Position numbers and translations under genes: made by a program
Part shown: one piece after another, positions 1 through 13,346 of the stretch
How the letters are laid out: every line of letters starts with the position of its first letter
Position numbering within the stretch: the stretch's first letter is position 1
Notes under the pieces: generated by a model
Told to the model about the DNA's origin: nothing
What the model saw: only the letters and a program-made list of their open reading frames with translations
The model's database searches: none
NCBI RefSeq assembly: GCF_036971445.1
Contig: NC_091471.1
Location: 114,328,001 to 114,392,000 of the forward strand
From: Narcine bancroftii
Lineage: Eukaryota
Length of the DNA stretch: 64,000 bases
Direction: 5' to 3'

Positions 1-1639
1 TAAAGCAAACAGCATGGTAAACAATATGAATTCACTGGTGAGTAGAGATAGAATTTCAAATAAATAAAAGGCAAATAATTGCATGTTATATAAAAGAAAT
101 CATTGAATTAATTGGCTGCTTGGACTTACTCTCATTACTGGTCTGTGGTGAAAATGATTCAGCTGCAGACTACAATGTCAAGCAACTGTTCTGCTGGAGA
201 TTGGTTTTATATTTGCTTTGTAATTTAGGGTAAACTATTGCCAGGCAAACCTGAATAACTACATCTTTTAATCCTTCAGTGTGGGGACTGTATGTATTAA
301 CAACATGATGTAGGAATGGCAGGTGGTAGTCACACCAAGAAAAAAACAACAATCCAATTCTTTCAATTTTCCCTAAAATTAAAACAAAATCTTTTTGATG
401 CGATATTATAAAAGATACATATAAACAATGGCCAAATGTATGGGAAACTGCTCGATTTAAATTCCCCAAGAAATGTTTAACAAATAATACTTGGCTAAAT
501 TAGCTCTCATTCTGTGGAAAGCCATGTGAAAAATAAGATACGTAAATATAACTGAGTTCAGATTGGAGACAATCTAAAACAGGCTTTTGTATGTGAATAG
601 ATAGACTCAATAGAGGGATTTTGGAACACTTTGATGATTCTTATAAAAGCAGTTGTCAGACCTATTCTACTCCTTTTTTTTAATGATGGGGCTTAACCTG
701 AAGTGAAAACAGAGATGATTGCAGGCATATGCTAAAGAGTAGGTAAATGTTTTTCTTTAACTTACCATTATGTGGAGCTGGAGAGTAAAAGTTTGGTTCA
801 GTTACCATTATTGCTCCATCTTCAACCTCCTAGTGTTCTTCCCTCCCTTGATATCTACTATTCTTAAGCAGACTGCCAGCCTTTGCTAGAAATAGAGGCA
901 ATCCATCTTATCAGAATGCTGTACGGGGATGCAATATGCTCAAGACTGAATTGTTTGCAACATTCTGCAGCCTACTTCTGAGTTAAAAACTGACTTGTAG
1001 CCCTCAAAGCCCACTGTTTAGTACTTAATGTTCTCATCCTGTTATGTGGCCTTATGAACCATACTGTCATCAAGCCATAAAAATAAAATTTGATGTAGTA
1101 AAGGTTTAAAGACAAAATGAATATAAAGACACATAGCCTACCCATGAAATTATCCAGTATCCAAAATAACTTCTATTTGCACTGATATTCCTTCTCTCAG
1201 GCACTTTGGATTTGGATTTGGCTTTTGTTCTGATTCTGTTTGTTTTGTATTTCTAACCAGTTATATCTTTCCATTTTACATCCATTATTAACTCTTTAGA
1301 AATACATTTAAATTTCACTAGGCTGCAGAGGGAAATAGGCACCCTAAAACAAATATCACAGATGTTTCACATAAATTCCACTCACTAAAAACATCACTAA
1401 TACCACATGGAAATATGTATTCCCTCATCATAAAGAACTGATTTCTGCTCCCTTGCACACAAACAAAACCAAAATTAGGAACATATTCCCTATCTCATCA
1501 AGATGTCTGATGAGGCCATCTATGCCAGCTTTTCATCAGTCCCATTCCTTTATCATTTCCCTGTCAAGTATATCCTCTTTCATCCCAATTAACACTAACC
1601 CCCCCCACCACCCCCCCCCCACCCCTTCATCACTCATCT

Positions 1640-1820
1640 GTACAAGGACTCATTTATGGCAGTCAATTAACAGCAACCTGCAAAACCTTTGGGATGATGG
1701 TGCTAACCAGTAATCTGGATCAATATGGTCACAGAGGGAGCTCGAAACAGAGAGCATCAGAGGTCAGGATTGAACTCAGATGCTGGAGTTATGAGAAGGC
1801 AGAGCTACCTGCTTTGTCTC
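1640..1820 (-). mobile_element. Degenerate tRNA-derived V-SINE/HE1-like SINE fragment
   Basis: Reverse-oriented tRNA-like head (gtcaggattgaactcagatgctggagttatgagaaggcagagctacc) preceded by V-domain-like sequence; resembles 58840-59260. Recognised by eye. Confidence 0.4.
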
Positions 1821-2199
1821 AATGCTGCTGCAGGCCTGCTAATTATCATTAAACATACTGCATTGTTTCACAAATGCAACCTAACATTGCAGTTGTCACA
1901 AATGCAAAGTATTCTTGACAGAAATATTTTTATTTTTGGCATACCGTCCATGTTTTTCATTCATTGGATGTAATCTGGCAAGGTGAAACAGATATTGAAA
2001 AAACCCCAAATCATTATCTCTGTAATTTCAATATGATAAGAAATGAGGGAAATTTGCAATTATTTGACAGTGTGCTCCTCGAGTCACACTGAAACTGGCC
2101 TCTTGAACTGCTGCATCTGCACTGGACATCAAGCATCCATCTACAGATCACCTTGTGCATCACCATCAACTCAATTTCCCCTCTTCTCCCCTTCGTCCT

Positions 2200-2330
2200 T
2201 CACAACCAGCCACTTACACCAGTTGGCAGTTATCTACAGCATCTTGGGTTGCAGGAGGAAACTGGACCATCTGGGGTAAAATGCGCAAACATTGCACAGA
2301 CAGTACCAGAAGCCAGCATCTATCCCAGGT
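2200..2330 (-). mobile_element. Degenerate V-SINE-like fragment
   Basis: ggaggaaactggaccatctggggtaaaatgcgcaaacattgcacagacagt resembles the reverse V-SINE core. Confidence 0.3.
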
Positions 2331-3540
2331 TTCAGGACTACCTCCTTCACTACCTCCTTCACTGGTCTGCCAGATTCCAAGCCAGGTAGAAGATGATCAC
2401 TACTCTTATACTCTATACAGCTTTCAAGAAATAAAGTATCCACACACTTTACCCCTGAGCCACTATCCAGGATTCAGCATTACATTTGAATGAATGAACA
2501 GAATAAATCATATAATGTTTCCAAGCTAGCTCATTACAATTAACGTAAGACTGCTTCATCTGAGGAAAATTCTGTTAATTATTAATCTGTAGATAAAATA
2601 AATATTTAAAATGACTTTGGGCTTATAATTGCACCTCTGGATTGAAAAAAAAGTGGTTAGTTTTCATCCCATCTTTTACAATGCCATTCAAATGCCCTGT
2701 GGTAAAAATACTCTCTTCTTATAATCTGAATGTTATCATATCAGCTCATTTTAAGAACAAAGTTACATTGACTAATATTTCATGAAATCTTACAACTTTT
2801 GAAAGTAGCTGTTACATTTAAAGTCTGATCCAAAAACCTAAATAGTAATGTTTTTATTTGCCAGAGTGCATATTTTGAAGTAAGCCTGCTCATGAACTCA
2901 TTAGGGTGTGGCCTCACTGCAAACCATATGTTAGTGATAAATCCTATTTCTTACCTGTTGCAGGATATGCAGTAAAAGCTCTGTGTGCTGTGCAGCATTA
3001 GAATCTGTTGTTTTCTTACAAAGATCATTTTTTTAAATTAACACCTTTATGTTTGTGTCTGTTGCAGCAGCTTGTTTGAAGACAACACTGAAATACGCAG
3101 CAAGCTAAAACAGTATAAATTACACTAGAACATGTTCTTTTTACACTCACACATTGTTTCTAATAAATGTGGATGCTTGGCCAAAGTCCACAATGCGACA
3201 ATTAGCTTATGAAGAAACATCCTGATTCTCAGTCACTTTCCTACCTGTCGTCGCAAACTTCACGTTAAGGTTAAGGTGATACTCACAGGTACTGGAAGCT
3301 CAAGGTGCGCACTAACAGAATAGGTCAGTGATCCGATCCATTACAAGGGAAGAATTTTCCAAAAGAAATATCAAACATGAGGTGATCATTTTCTCAGTGT
3401 TTCACAACCCCATTCATCCGATAATTCGTAGTAAAAGGTGTGTCACCTTGGTCTAATTGTCTATTTGTTTAAATGTATGAAAGAAGGAACCAAAAAAAAA
3501 CTGCTGTATCACATATTAATTATTAAACCAGATGAAAATT

Positions 3541-3816
3541 CTCACTCAATGACCCAAGATAAAAGATATTAGTTTCTGTACCTGAGGCTTAGTCTTGTGT
3601 CATAGAAAGCCTGCTCTGATTATATGTTCTCATGGTTCAGTTTCCTGCACACCTTCTGCATTTGAATTTAAGATATACTGTATGTTTGAGGCCGCTTAGT
3701 TCTGGATTTGCATGACCTCTCATATTGCTACATTTGGCTAAAGTCATTGGTTATTAAAGTACCATGTGACTGGAAATCAAAATAAATACCTGTCTTTAAG
3801 GCTCTCCAACCTGCAA
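3541..3816. repeat. Left arm of a 276-bp inverted repeat
   Basis: Reverse complement of 4676-4951 with about 6 mismatches by eye. Confidence 0.95.
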
Positions 3817-4675
3817 TTCCTTTAACTCCTTCCTTGCCTTTTCCTCTGGGAAGAAAAACATTGTTGAACACAAAACACTGGACCAGCAGATGATTTCTAA
3901 TTATACTTATGTAGTATAGCTCAGATTTTACTCATAATATTGTTAAATGGAATTAAACATAAATCTCAAAATAGAATTGCTGAATTTATTGATTGAAACT
4001 TGCACATTTATGTGTGTCATGAACAGTTTGAATCTACGATATGACTGACCTTACACTTTTCTTGAGATGTTGTAACTTTGCGGACAATGTAGATAATTCC
4101 ATCATTTATTCATAAGACAACACATGACATAGTGTCCGACCACAATGATTAGACTAAAATGAATATTGAAATTTATTTCCTTAAGAAAGAACTATGTGGA
4201 ACGTGAAGACACACAACAAATGATTTGCCTCACACTGCACTCTGTGCTCTGAAAAAAGCAGCCCACACCCCCAAAAGTTAAAAGGATCTCCTAACCATCT
4301 CCATTCATGATTTATGATTAATAATCCATTATAGATTTCCTCTCCTTACAATTCTTTGATCTTGAAAATAGATAGTAGAGACAGAATATGGATCTTGAAG
4401 GAAACTACAGCTCTTGGCTAACTTTCTGAGACTTCTGTAGATGAGTTTCTGGACTCATAAAGTACATGTTAATAAGCAGCAGAGTGCATCATAAGGAGGC
4501 TGACACCCTCCAAAACCTAAACCATGCCAATTTGAATTCATTCCCATGACTAATAGAAAAGAGATAATCATGCAGTAGGACTTCAGGTACATCAGATATT
4601 TACATGTTTCACCGTGTTGGGATTCCCAGGATGAGGCTAATGCATTTTAATGGCAGATGATGTGACTGCATATAT

Positions 4676-4951
4676 TTGCTGGTTGGAGAGCTGTAAAGAC
4701 AGGTATTTATTTTGATTTCCAGTCACATGGTACTTTAATAACCAATGACTTTAGCCAAATGTAGCAATATGAGAGGTCATGCAAATCCAGAACTAAGCGG
4801 CCTCAAACATCCAGTATACCTTAAATTCAAATGCAGAAGGTGTGCAGGAAACTGAACCATGAGAACATATAATCAGAGCAGGCTTTCTATGACACAAGAC
4901 TAAGCCTCAGGTACAGAAACTAATATCTTTTATCATGGGTCATTGAGTGAG
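4676..4951. repeat. Right arm of a 276-bp inverted repeat
   Basis: Reverse complement of 3541-3816; 859-bp spacer; no flanking TSD seen. Confidence 0.95.
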
Positions 4952-6008
4952 GTGGCTACGCAGCTGTGCATTACTGTAATAACAACAGATTCAGAGCCTT
5001 CAAGTTTGGTTAATGATATAAAGAAATCAAAATAATCCATTTCCCCCATCTCTATCTCTGCTCCACACCAATTATTTACAGTTTCTTTCTTTCACCATAT
5101 AGAAGCAATTCTGTATAATCCACATCTATTCCTTTGAAAGTATGTCTTTTCCATACCTGCTGTGTGGAGAAAACACCAGAGGGAAGAGTAGCTGAAAAAA
5201 AACAAGTGACATCGTCCAGTATATCCTGGGCATTGAGCCCCAAGAGATTGATGCCTTAGTTAACCAACCATGTGCAAACTCCTTTTCAAATGGAAATTAG
5301 AATGAGTCTAATCCTACACATTCACTCACCCCTGCCAGCCTTAGTGCAAAAAAAAATGTTTTTCTGAGAAGATGTTGAACTTATTGAATATCAGCCTGGA
5401 TGTTGTGTCTGTTCTTTGAAGGACTGACTTTAGCTCTGTTAATGGCAGCAAAACATTGAGGAAGTAAGCCTCTTGACACAAAGTGTGCATATATACTTAC
5501 TACTCTCTGGATGTTTCTAGGCTGCTAGGATTATTTTATAGTGATGGCATTAAACATCAAGGGGAAATTGCTAAGTTCTGCATTGTTCAAAAATTGTTAT
5601 TCTATGAATTAATTGACAGTCCACAAATAGATATTTTCTAAATCCTTCTGTGGTTGACCTTTTTAATTATCAAAGGAATTGTGGTCAAGACGAAGTTGGA
5701 TGGTCAAGAATATTCCAGCTCCTCTGTCAGCAAACATACAAAAGTCTAAAAAGCAAAGATATGCTGGGTACCCGATGTACAAATGCTGAATGTCATTAGT
5801 GGACCAGACAGTATTCATGCCAACTGGTGCAAGAGATTGAGGGAACTACCAGGTAAAGCATCACAATTCTGATTGTTTCTTTGGATCATGCACGTTCTGT
5901 AACTGACAGAAAACTACCTATATACTAATGCCAGGAACACTCAATAATGTTTTAGAGAATCCTTTTGAAGACTTTCTGTTAGACTTTCCCTCCAATAACC
6001 TTTACATG

Positions 6009-6266
6009 TGTGGTGCTGAGGTAGCAGCAGGCAAGCACAAACTCAGAAAAGATTGTACAATAGGCTTTATTCCAGTAAAAGTCTGAACACCGGTTCATGC
6101 CTTGGTATCTCCCTGTGTGACTGATTTTTGGCTCAAGAGGGGCCGGCTCAGGTTTATATTCAGGTCGACTGATTGACAGCCGGCCAGGTGGAGTCAGTTC
6201 CTTAGGTGGTCTTCTTGCAGGTACAGATATCGCCCCCTTCAGTAGGTTGGTGGTCAAATCACCACG
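6009..6266 (-). repeat. 3' LTR of Gypsy copy A
   Basis: Direct repeat of 12930-13177; adjacent PPT; AATAAA on the minus strand. Confidence 0.92.
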
Positions 6267-6705
6267 CTCACTCCCTTCTTAAAATTAAGTCCTGTGGTGG
6301 GGGGGGGGGTGGGGTGGGTGTGTAAAAACGGTGCCAGGTGGTATTTACAAATTCAGGCGGTCCGGCAGCCATCGGAGTCTCTGAGACCGTCACAGGGTTG
6401 GCTCCTGGTCAAAGGTCGGTGAGGGCGTGGTTGCCTGATAGCTGGCTGAGTCCTGCATAGTCATGGCGGGCGTCGGTGTGGGCAGAGTGGTGTCTATATG
6501 TATGTCTGTCCACGGGGTGGTGGCCAGGTGGGAGTAGGGCCCTCTGCAGGGGCAGAGGGAGAAGGTCAGCCCCCAAATCCTGGGTGGGCCAGGGGTACTC
6601 ATGACGGGGAGGTTGGGCTGGGTAGTCATAGAAACATAGAAACATAGAAGATAGGAGCAGGAGTAGGTCATTCGGCCTTTTGAGCCTCATGGCTGATCTT
6701 AAAGT

Positions 6706-8510
6706 TCAGTACCCCGTTCCCGCTTTCTCTCCGTAACCCCTAATTCCCTTATACTGAAGAAATATATCTAATTTCCTCTTAAATATATTCAATGAACCTG
6801 CCTCTACTGCTCTCTGTGGCAATGAATTCCACAGATTCACCACCCTCTGGGTAAAGAAATTCCTCCTCATCTCGGTTCTAAATGGTTTGCCTATTATCCT
6901 CAAAACATGGCCCCGGGTTCGGGACTCCCCCACCATTGGAAACATCCCTTCCGCATCCATTCTGTCCAGTCCTGCCAGAATTTTATATGTCTCTATGAGA
7001 TCCTCTCTCAATCTTCTAAACTCCAGCGAGTACAATCCCAAATTGCGCAATCTTTCCCCATAAGTTATTCCTGCCATTCCAGGTATCAGCCTGGTAAATC
7101 GCCTTTGCACTCCCTCCATTGCAAGAACATCCTTCCTCAGATAAGGCGACTAAAACTGCACACAATACTCCAAGTGTTGTCTCACCAAGACTCTGTACAG
7201 CTGCAGTAAGGTATCCTTATTCCTATACTCAAACCCTCTTGATATGAAGGCCAACATACCATTTGACTTTTTAACCGCCTGCTGTACCTGCATGCTCGCC
7301 TTCAGTGACTGGTGCACAAGAACCCCTAGGTCTCTCTGCACTTCCCCATCTCCCAATCTATTGCCATTCAAATAGTAATCTGCCCTCCGGTTTGTATTAC
7401 CAAAGTGGATAACCTTACATTTATCCACATTGTAGTGCATTTACCATGTATCTGCCCAGTCCTCCAATTTATCCAAATCACACTGGAGCTTCCTGACCCC
7501 CTCTTTAGTGCACACAACCCCTCCTAGCTTAGTGTCGTCTGCAAATTTGGAGATACTACATCCAATCTCCTCATCCAGATCATTAATGTAAATTGTGAAC
7601 AGCTGGGGTCCCAGTACAGATCCCTGTGGCACCCCACTGGTCACCGCCTGCCACTCAGAAAATGAGTCGTTTATCCCAACTCTCTGTCTTCTACCTGCCA
7701 GCCAGTTTTCAATCCACATCAATACCTTGCCCCCAATCCCATGAGCCTTGATTTTGCATGCCAGTTGTTTATGTGGGACCTTATCAAAGGCCTTTTGGAA
7801 ATCCAGGTACACCACATCCACTGGCTCACCCCCATCTATTTTACCTGTCACCATCTCAAAGAATTCCAATAGATTTGTCAAGCACGATTTACCTTTTGTA
7901 AATCCATGTTGACTCCGTCCGATCCCTTCTCTGCTAGTCATATGCTCCGCTATTACATCTTTAATAATGGATTCCATCATTTTGCCCACTACTGATGTAA
8001 GGCTCACCGGCCGATAATTCCCCGCTTTTTCTCTACTCCCCTTTTTAAATAGAGGGGTAACATTAGCTACTGATTAGATCCTGAGTCTATCGAGTTCTGG
8101 AAAATAATTCTTAAAGCATCTACTATCTGAATGTCCACTTCTTTAAGTACCCTAAGATGTAGATAATCAGGCCCTTGGGATTTATCGGCCTTCAATCCCT
8201 TCAATTTCCCCAAGATCATGTCCTTAGAGATACTGATTTCTTTCAGCTCCTCCCTTGCATTAGTCTCTATGTTTCCCAACATCCTTAGGAGGTTATTTGT
8301 ATCCTCTTGTGAAAACAGAACTAAAGTAAGAATTTAATTGGTGTGCCATTTCCTTATTCCCCATTATATATTCCCCTGATTCTGACCTCAAGGGACCTAC
8401 TCTGGATTTCACCAATCTTTTCCTCTTGACATATCTATAAAAGCTTTTGCAGTTGGTTTTTATGTTTGCCGCAAGCTTACTTTCGTAATTTATTTTTGCC
8501 CTCTTGATTA
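6706..8510 (-). pseudogene. CR1 ORF2 reverse transcriptase (in-frame stops)
   Basis: ORFs 7441-8007, 7150-7440 and 6706-7119 are in one frame separated by stops; ORF 8067-8282 lies upstream. Confidence 0.9.
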
Positions 8511-8557
8511 ATCACTGTCCTTTGCCCTATCATACAGGTTCCCATCCCCCTGCCAAA

Positions 8558-9232
8558 TTAGTTTAAACCGCATCCGATGGCTGTACCAAACCTAGCTGCC
8601 AATAAATTGACCCCTTTTGGGTTTAGGTGTAACCTATCCTTCTTGTAGAGGTCATGCCTTCCCCAAAAGAGATCCCAATGGTCCAAGAAGCCAAAACCCT
8701 GTCTTTTACACCAGCCCCTCAGCCATACATTCATTTGTCTTAACCTTCCATTTTTGTCCTCAGTTGCACTTGGCACAGGTAGCAATCCAGAGATCACCAC
8801 CCTGGTGGTCCTATTTCTTAGTTTCTGTCCTAGCTCGCTGTAATCCTTTTTTAGTACCTCCTCCCTCTTTTTATCTATGTCATTGGTACCCACATGTACC
8901 AAGACATCAGGCTGCTCGCCCTCTCCTTTCAGAATACTCTGGACCCGATTTGAGATATCCCGTACCCTTGCATCTAGCTCACAGAATCTCTTGTCTTTAC
9001 CTCTGACAATGGAGTCCCCAATGACCACTGCATTCCTCCTTACCTTTAGTACCACCGTACCAGGCTCAGTGCTAGCGACCTGATCATTGCGGCCAGCTTC
9101 TGTCAGGTCATCTCCCTCAACAGCATCCAACACAATATACCTGTTGCTGAGAGGGGTAGTCACAGGTGTGCTCTCCATTTTCCTGGTATTTTTCTTCCCT
9201 CCCCTGACAGTTACCCACTTAACCTGACACAT
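8558..9232 (-). pseudogene. CR1 ORF1 SGNH/GDSL esterase-like domain
   Basis: Blocks VVIGDSIVRG, VHVGTNDI and DRLHLN. Confidence 0.88.
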
Positions 9233-12200
9233 CTGGTCTTGGGGTAACTATGTCCCTGAAAGTTGAATCTATTAACTCCTCATTCTCCCTTACTAATGAA
9301 GCTGGGGGTGGGGTGGGGCCCCTGCTGGTGCCAGATCCCTCATGGCCATTGGGGTACCTGACGTTGGCATAGTTCTGGTTGGTGTGGAGGAGGAGCACTG
9401 CTCAACCAGCAGGTCGGACTTGTGAGCTTGGATGTGTTTACGGAGGAGCCCCGGTCCTGGTGATGTGAGCCAAGCTGGGAGGGAGACCTCAGTCGCCGAT
9501 TTCCTGGGGAATGAGAAAAGGCGCTCGTGAGGGGTCTGATTAGTAGGCATGCACAAGAGCGACTTAATGGCATGGAATGTATCTGGAGGGTCTCTTGCCA
9601 GTGGACAACGGATCAGCCTTTGGACCTCAGGGCCTTCCAGATCACCCCGGTGTTGTGCTCCATCTGCCCGTTACCCCTCGGTTTGTAGCTAGTCATGCAA
9701 CTAGCCACAATGCCTCACGCTACCAGGTACTGGCACAGCTCCTCACTCATGAAGCTAGACCCCTGATCACTGTACCCAAACATGGTGAAGATCTGCATCA
9801 TTGCCCTGCTAACGGTGGCTGTAGAGGTGTTAGGACAAGGGATGGCGAAGGGAAAATGGGAGTATTTATCTACGACCTCAAGGAAGTAGATGTTCTTGTT
9901 CATGGAAGGCAGGGGGCTCTTGAAATCGATGCTAAGCTGTTTGAAAGGCCAAGTGGCCTTGACGACGTGGACTTGTGGCGGGCAGAAGAAGCACGATTTG
10001 TATTCCGCACAGACCCTGCATGACTCAGTCATGGTCTGGACTTCTTGGACGGTGAAGGGGAGATTCTGGGACTTGATGAAATGGTACAGGTGTGTGAGGT
10101 GTCGTGCAGCGCCTGCAGTTGGTCAGACTGCACAGTGGCACAGGTCCACGATAGGGCGTCAGAGGAATTGTTGAACTTCCTCGGTCTGTACTGGATGTTG
10201 TAGCTAAATGTGGCCAGCTCGACTCTCCAGCGCAAGATCTTATCATTCTTGATCTTGCTTTTATGGGTGGTGCTGAACATGAATGCCACTGTGCGTCGGT
10301 CAGTGAAGAGGGTGAACCTCCTGCCTGCTAGGTAGTGGTGCCTATAGCAGACTGCTTCCCCGATCGCCTGGGCCTCTTTTTCAATAGCAGAGTGCTCGAG
10401 CTTGGAACTGTGGAGGGTCCTGGAGAAGAAGGCCACGGTCGGCCCCCTTGGTTGAGAGTGGCCATGAGGGCAACGTCAGAGGCATCGCACTCCACCTAGA
10501 ATATGGTGTCCTCGTCCACGGCATGCATCATGATATCAGCAATGTCCTGCCTGATGTGAGCGAAAGCTGCTTGCACCTCAGGGGGGAGGAGGGGAAAGGC
10601 TTGGTCCAGAGGTTGGGCCTTGTCCGAAAAACGGGGGACCCACTGGGAGTAATAGGAGAAAAGCCCAAGTCACCTGCAGAGGGCCTTGAGCGTGTGGGGG
10701 AGGGGCAGTTCCATTAGTGTACACATGTATTCTGGGTCAGTACCAATGACACCATGTCCCATGATGTACCCTAGGATGCTGAGGTGGGTGGTGCTGAACA
10801 TACACTTCTCTTTGTTGTAATTGAGGTTCAGCTCCTTGGTGGCTGGAGACACCTCTCCAGGTTGTCATCGCGGTCCTGCTGGTTGTGGCCGCAGATGGTG
10901 ACATTGTCCAAGTATTGGAAGGTCGCTCCTAGGTTGTGCTGGTCTACCATGCGGTCCATCTTCCGCTGGAAGACAGAGACCCATTAGTGACCCCAGACAG
11001 GACTAGGCAGAACTGGTAGAAGTGCCCATCTGCCTCGAAGGTGGTATATGGTTTATCCTGGACGTGGATAGGGAGCTGGTGGTAGGACGACTTTAGGTCA
11101 ATTGTTGAGAAGACCTTATAATTGGCTATCTCATTGATCATGTCTATTCGGGGTAGGGGGTAGGCATCCATTTGGGTGTACCGGTTTATGGTCTGGCTAT
11201 AATCGATGACCATCCTCAGTTTGCTACCCATTTTTACCACTACGACTTGGATTGATGCTGGGCTCTATGATACCTTCTGCCAGAAGTCGCCTCGCTTCTG
11301 CCTTAATGAAGGCCCTGTCGGCCATGCAATAGCAAGGGTGAGGCTTTTGAGGTGGCACTGGAAATCCAGCCCAAAGATGACTGGAGCACAGAGCTGAGGC
11401 ATGACCAGGAGCCTGAACCCTTGGAATGTTCCCCCCAACAGTCAATTCCACTGAGCAGCGCCCAAGGGCCATGGTGGAGCGGTCCTGGGCAGCAAAAGTG
11501 ATGGAAATGTTCATGGGATAGATTTTGAGCTTTAGTGTCCGGGCCACTTTCGGGTGCATGAAGCTCTCAGTACTACCGCTATCGAACAGGCATTTTGTTA
11601 CCTTCCCATTAAGCACTTGAGTCCATGGGGAATGTCCCTTTATAAGGTGGTGGACGTTAGGATCATCTACGCATCTGAGTTGCTGATCCCTGATGGATGT
11701 GGCAAGTAGCAGCCAGCGGCTTCCTTCCTATGTGTGGGGTGCTTTGGGTAGGCTATTGGGTATGCACCCATGTTGACCACGTCATCCCGTCAATGTGGTG
11801 TGCGTGTTGCGGCAGTTGGGGGCTGGCTGACCCAAGATAGCGGCGCCCAGCGGATGCACGTGGCATCGGTGTCGTCGGGTGACCCGACTGGCAGTGAAGC
11901 CAGAGATGACGTCATCCGTGCAGGCGGAAGTGACGCCTTCAGTGCAGGCTGAAGTCATCCGGAGGAAGATAGCAACTCCCAGAGTGAGCAAACTGCAGCG
12001 GTGCAGGTCGGTGGCTGGGCCGGAAGTGATGTCAGCAGTGAGGGTGGAAGTGGTGGGGCAAGTAATGGTGTCGCCCGGTCCTTGCACGTGGCAGTGCTTG
12101 GGATGGCTCCCAGCTGGTCGTGGAGGGCTGCAGCATTCCCAATGAGCCTGGAAAGGCACAACTTGGCGAAGTGGCCTTTCTTCCCACGTCGAGAGCAATG

Positions 12201-12929
12201 TGAATTCCTCACTGGGCAGCCTTTGTGGGATCGCCTGTCTGACCCACACTGGGACCTGCAGTACTTACAGGGATGAGTTGCATCAGTGGCTGCGATCGTC
12301 TCCTCCAAGTAGGGCCCTTTGGTGGTGGTGGTAGTTTGCATCTGCCAAGCTGGAAGTTGGGGGAGTCGGGCATCGAAGACCTCTGCATGATGAGCTGCAG
12401 CCTCCAGGGAGTGGACTACCTTCATTGTCCTGGTAAGTGAGGCAATGCTTTCCTCCAGTAACTTTTATCGGGCGCTCCTCAAGTGCAGCTCTTGCACGCA
12501 GGCATCCTGGATCAGTCCACTTCAGTCACCCCAGTCTCGAGTTTGGCACAGGAGGACTAGCTCATGCAGGATCCCTAGATAGGCATCTGCCATCTTACCT
12601 GTCTCTGGACCCTGATACTGAGTAGGTATCGGGTATAGACCATATATTGTCAGGGCTTGTGTATGCTCTCCAGTATGGCCATCATGGGTTCGTAGTCCAT
12701 GTAGTCCTTGATGGCCTGGAAAGCTCATGGGCCCAGCTTGGTGTGGAGCACCATGAGCCATTTCTGGTTGGTGTTGATCACCTTAGCCTGTGTTTGGATG
12801 ATCACCTCAATCGCGTGCTTCCAGATCTTGAAGCGTGCCAGGGCATCCAGGTATTGGGGATTGATCTCCATGTTCCCGATCATCATAAACTTCTCCATGG
12901 TCTCTCTTTATAATTTTACTGGAATAAAT

Positions 12930-13177
12930 TGTGGTGCACTGAGGTAACAGAAGGCAAGCACAAAACTCAAAAGATTGTACAATAGGCTTTATTCCAGTAA
13001 ACGTCTGAACACCAGTTCAAGCCTTGGTGGCTCCCCGTGTGACTGGCTCAGGAGGGGTAGGCTCAGGTTTATATTCAGGTCGGCTGATTGATAGCCAGCC
13101 AGGTGGAGTCAGCCCCTTAGGTGGTCTTCCTTCAGGTACAGAGATCGCCACCTGCAGTAGGTGGTTGTATCACTGCA
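12930..13177 (-). repeat. 5' LTR of Gypsy copy A
   Basis: TG...CA termini; gag ATG at 12898, 31 nt downstream. Confidence 0.92.
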
Positions 13178-13346
13178 GCATGGCACTTTTGCATTGTAAT
13201 GGAAAACAACAATTAAGTGGAATGCATGATCAAACCAAAAAAAAATGGTTGTGTTGTCGAAGCTGTTGTAATGAATGGCAGTGCTGCTGATCATGTGGAC
13301 CTGAGGAGAGTGGGAAGCGGAGAGTCAGCACTCCCCGGAAGGATCT

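Larger units (their letters stand above)
6627..9291 (-). mobile_element. CR1 LINE, 5'-truncated, endonuclease region internally deleted
   Basis: 3' tail (CATAGAAA)n at 6627; RT motifs VDVVYLDFQKAFDKVPH, SGVPQGSVLGP and SKFADDTKL; the ORF1 end joins almost directly to post-endonuclease ORF2 at about 8510. Confidence 0.93.
6345..12898 (-). pseudogene. gag-pol of Gypsy copy A (frameshifted, split by CR1)
   Basis: ORF pieces 11955-12425, 11224-11616, 10944-11240, 10670-10852, 10029-10436, 9715-10032 and 9293-9556. C-terminus RSQRLRWLPDRLNL* lies beyond the CR1; no chromodomain. Confidence 0.88.
6009..13177 (-). mobile_element. Ty3/Gypsy LTR retrotransposon copy A (decayed; interrupted by a CR1 at 6627-9291)
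   Basis: LTR pair 6009-6266 and 12930-13177; TSD ACATG/GCATG; PPT aagaagggagtgag (6267-6280, minus strand). Gag zinc knuckle CSRRGKKGHFAKLC, protease LFDSGS, RT LRMVIDY..FSTIDLKS, RNase H EKEAQAI and integrase LSIDFK occur in Gypsy order. Confidence 0.93.

Noticed and set aside
767-884. Possible minus-strand exon (donor GTAAGT near 766)
   Set aside because: In-frame stop after the best acceptor and no recognisable peptide.
2955-3004. Possible 50-nt minus-strand exon (donor CAG/GTAAG)
   Set aside because: No polypyrimidine tract, no partner exons and no recognisable protein.
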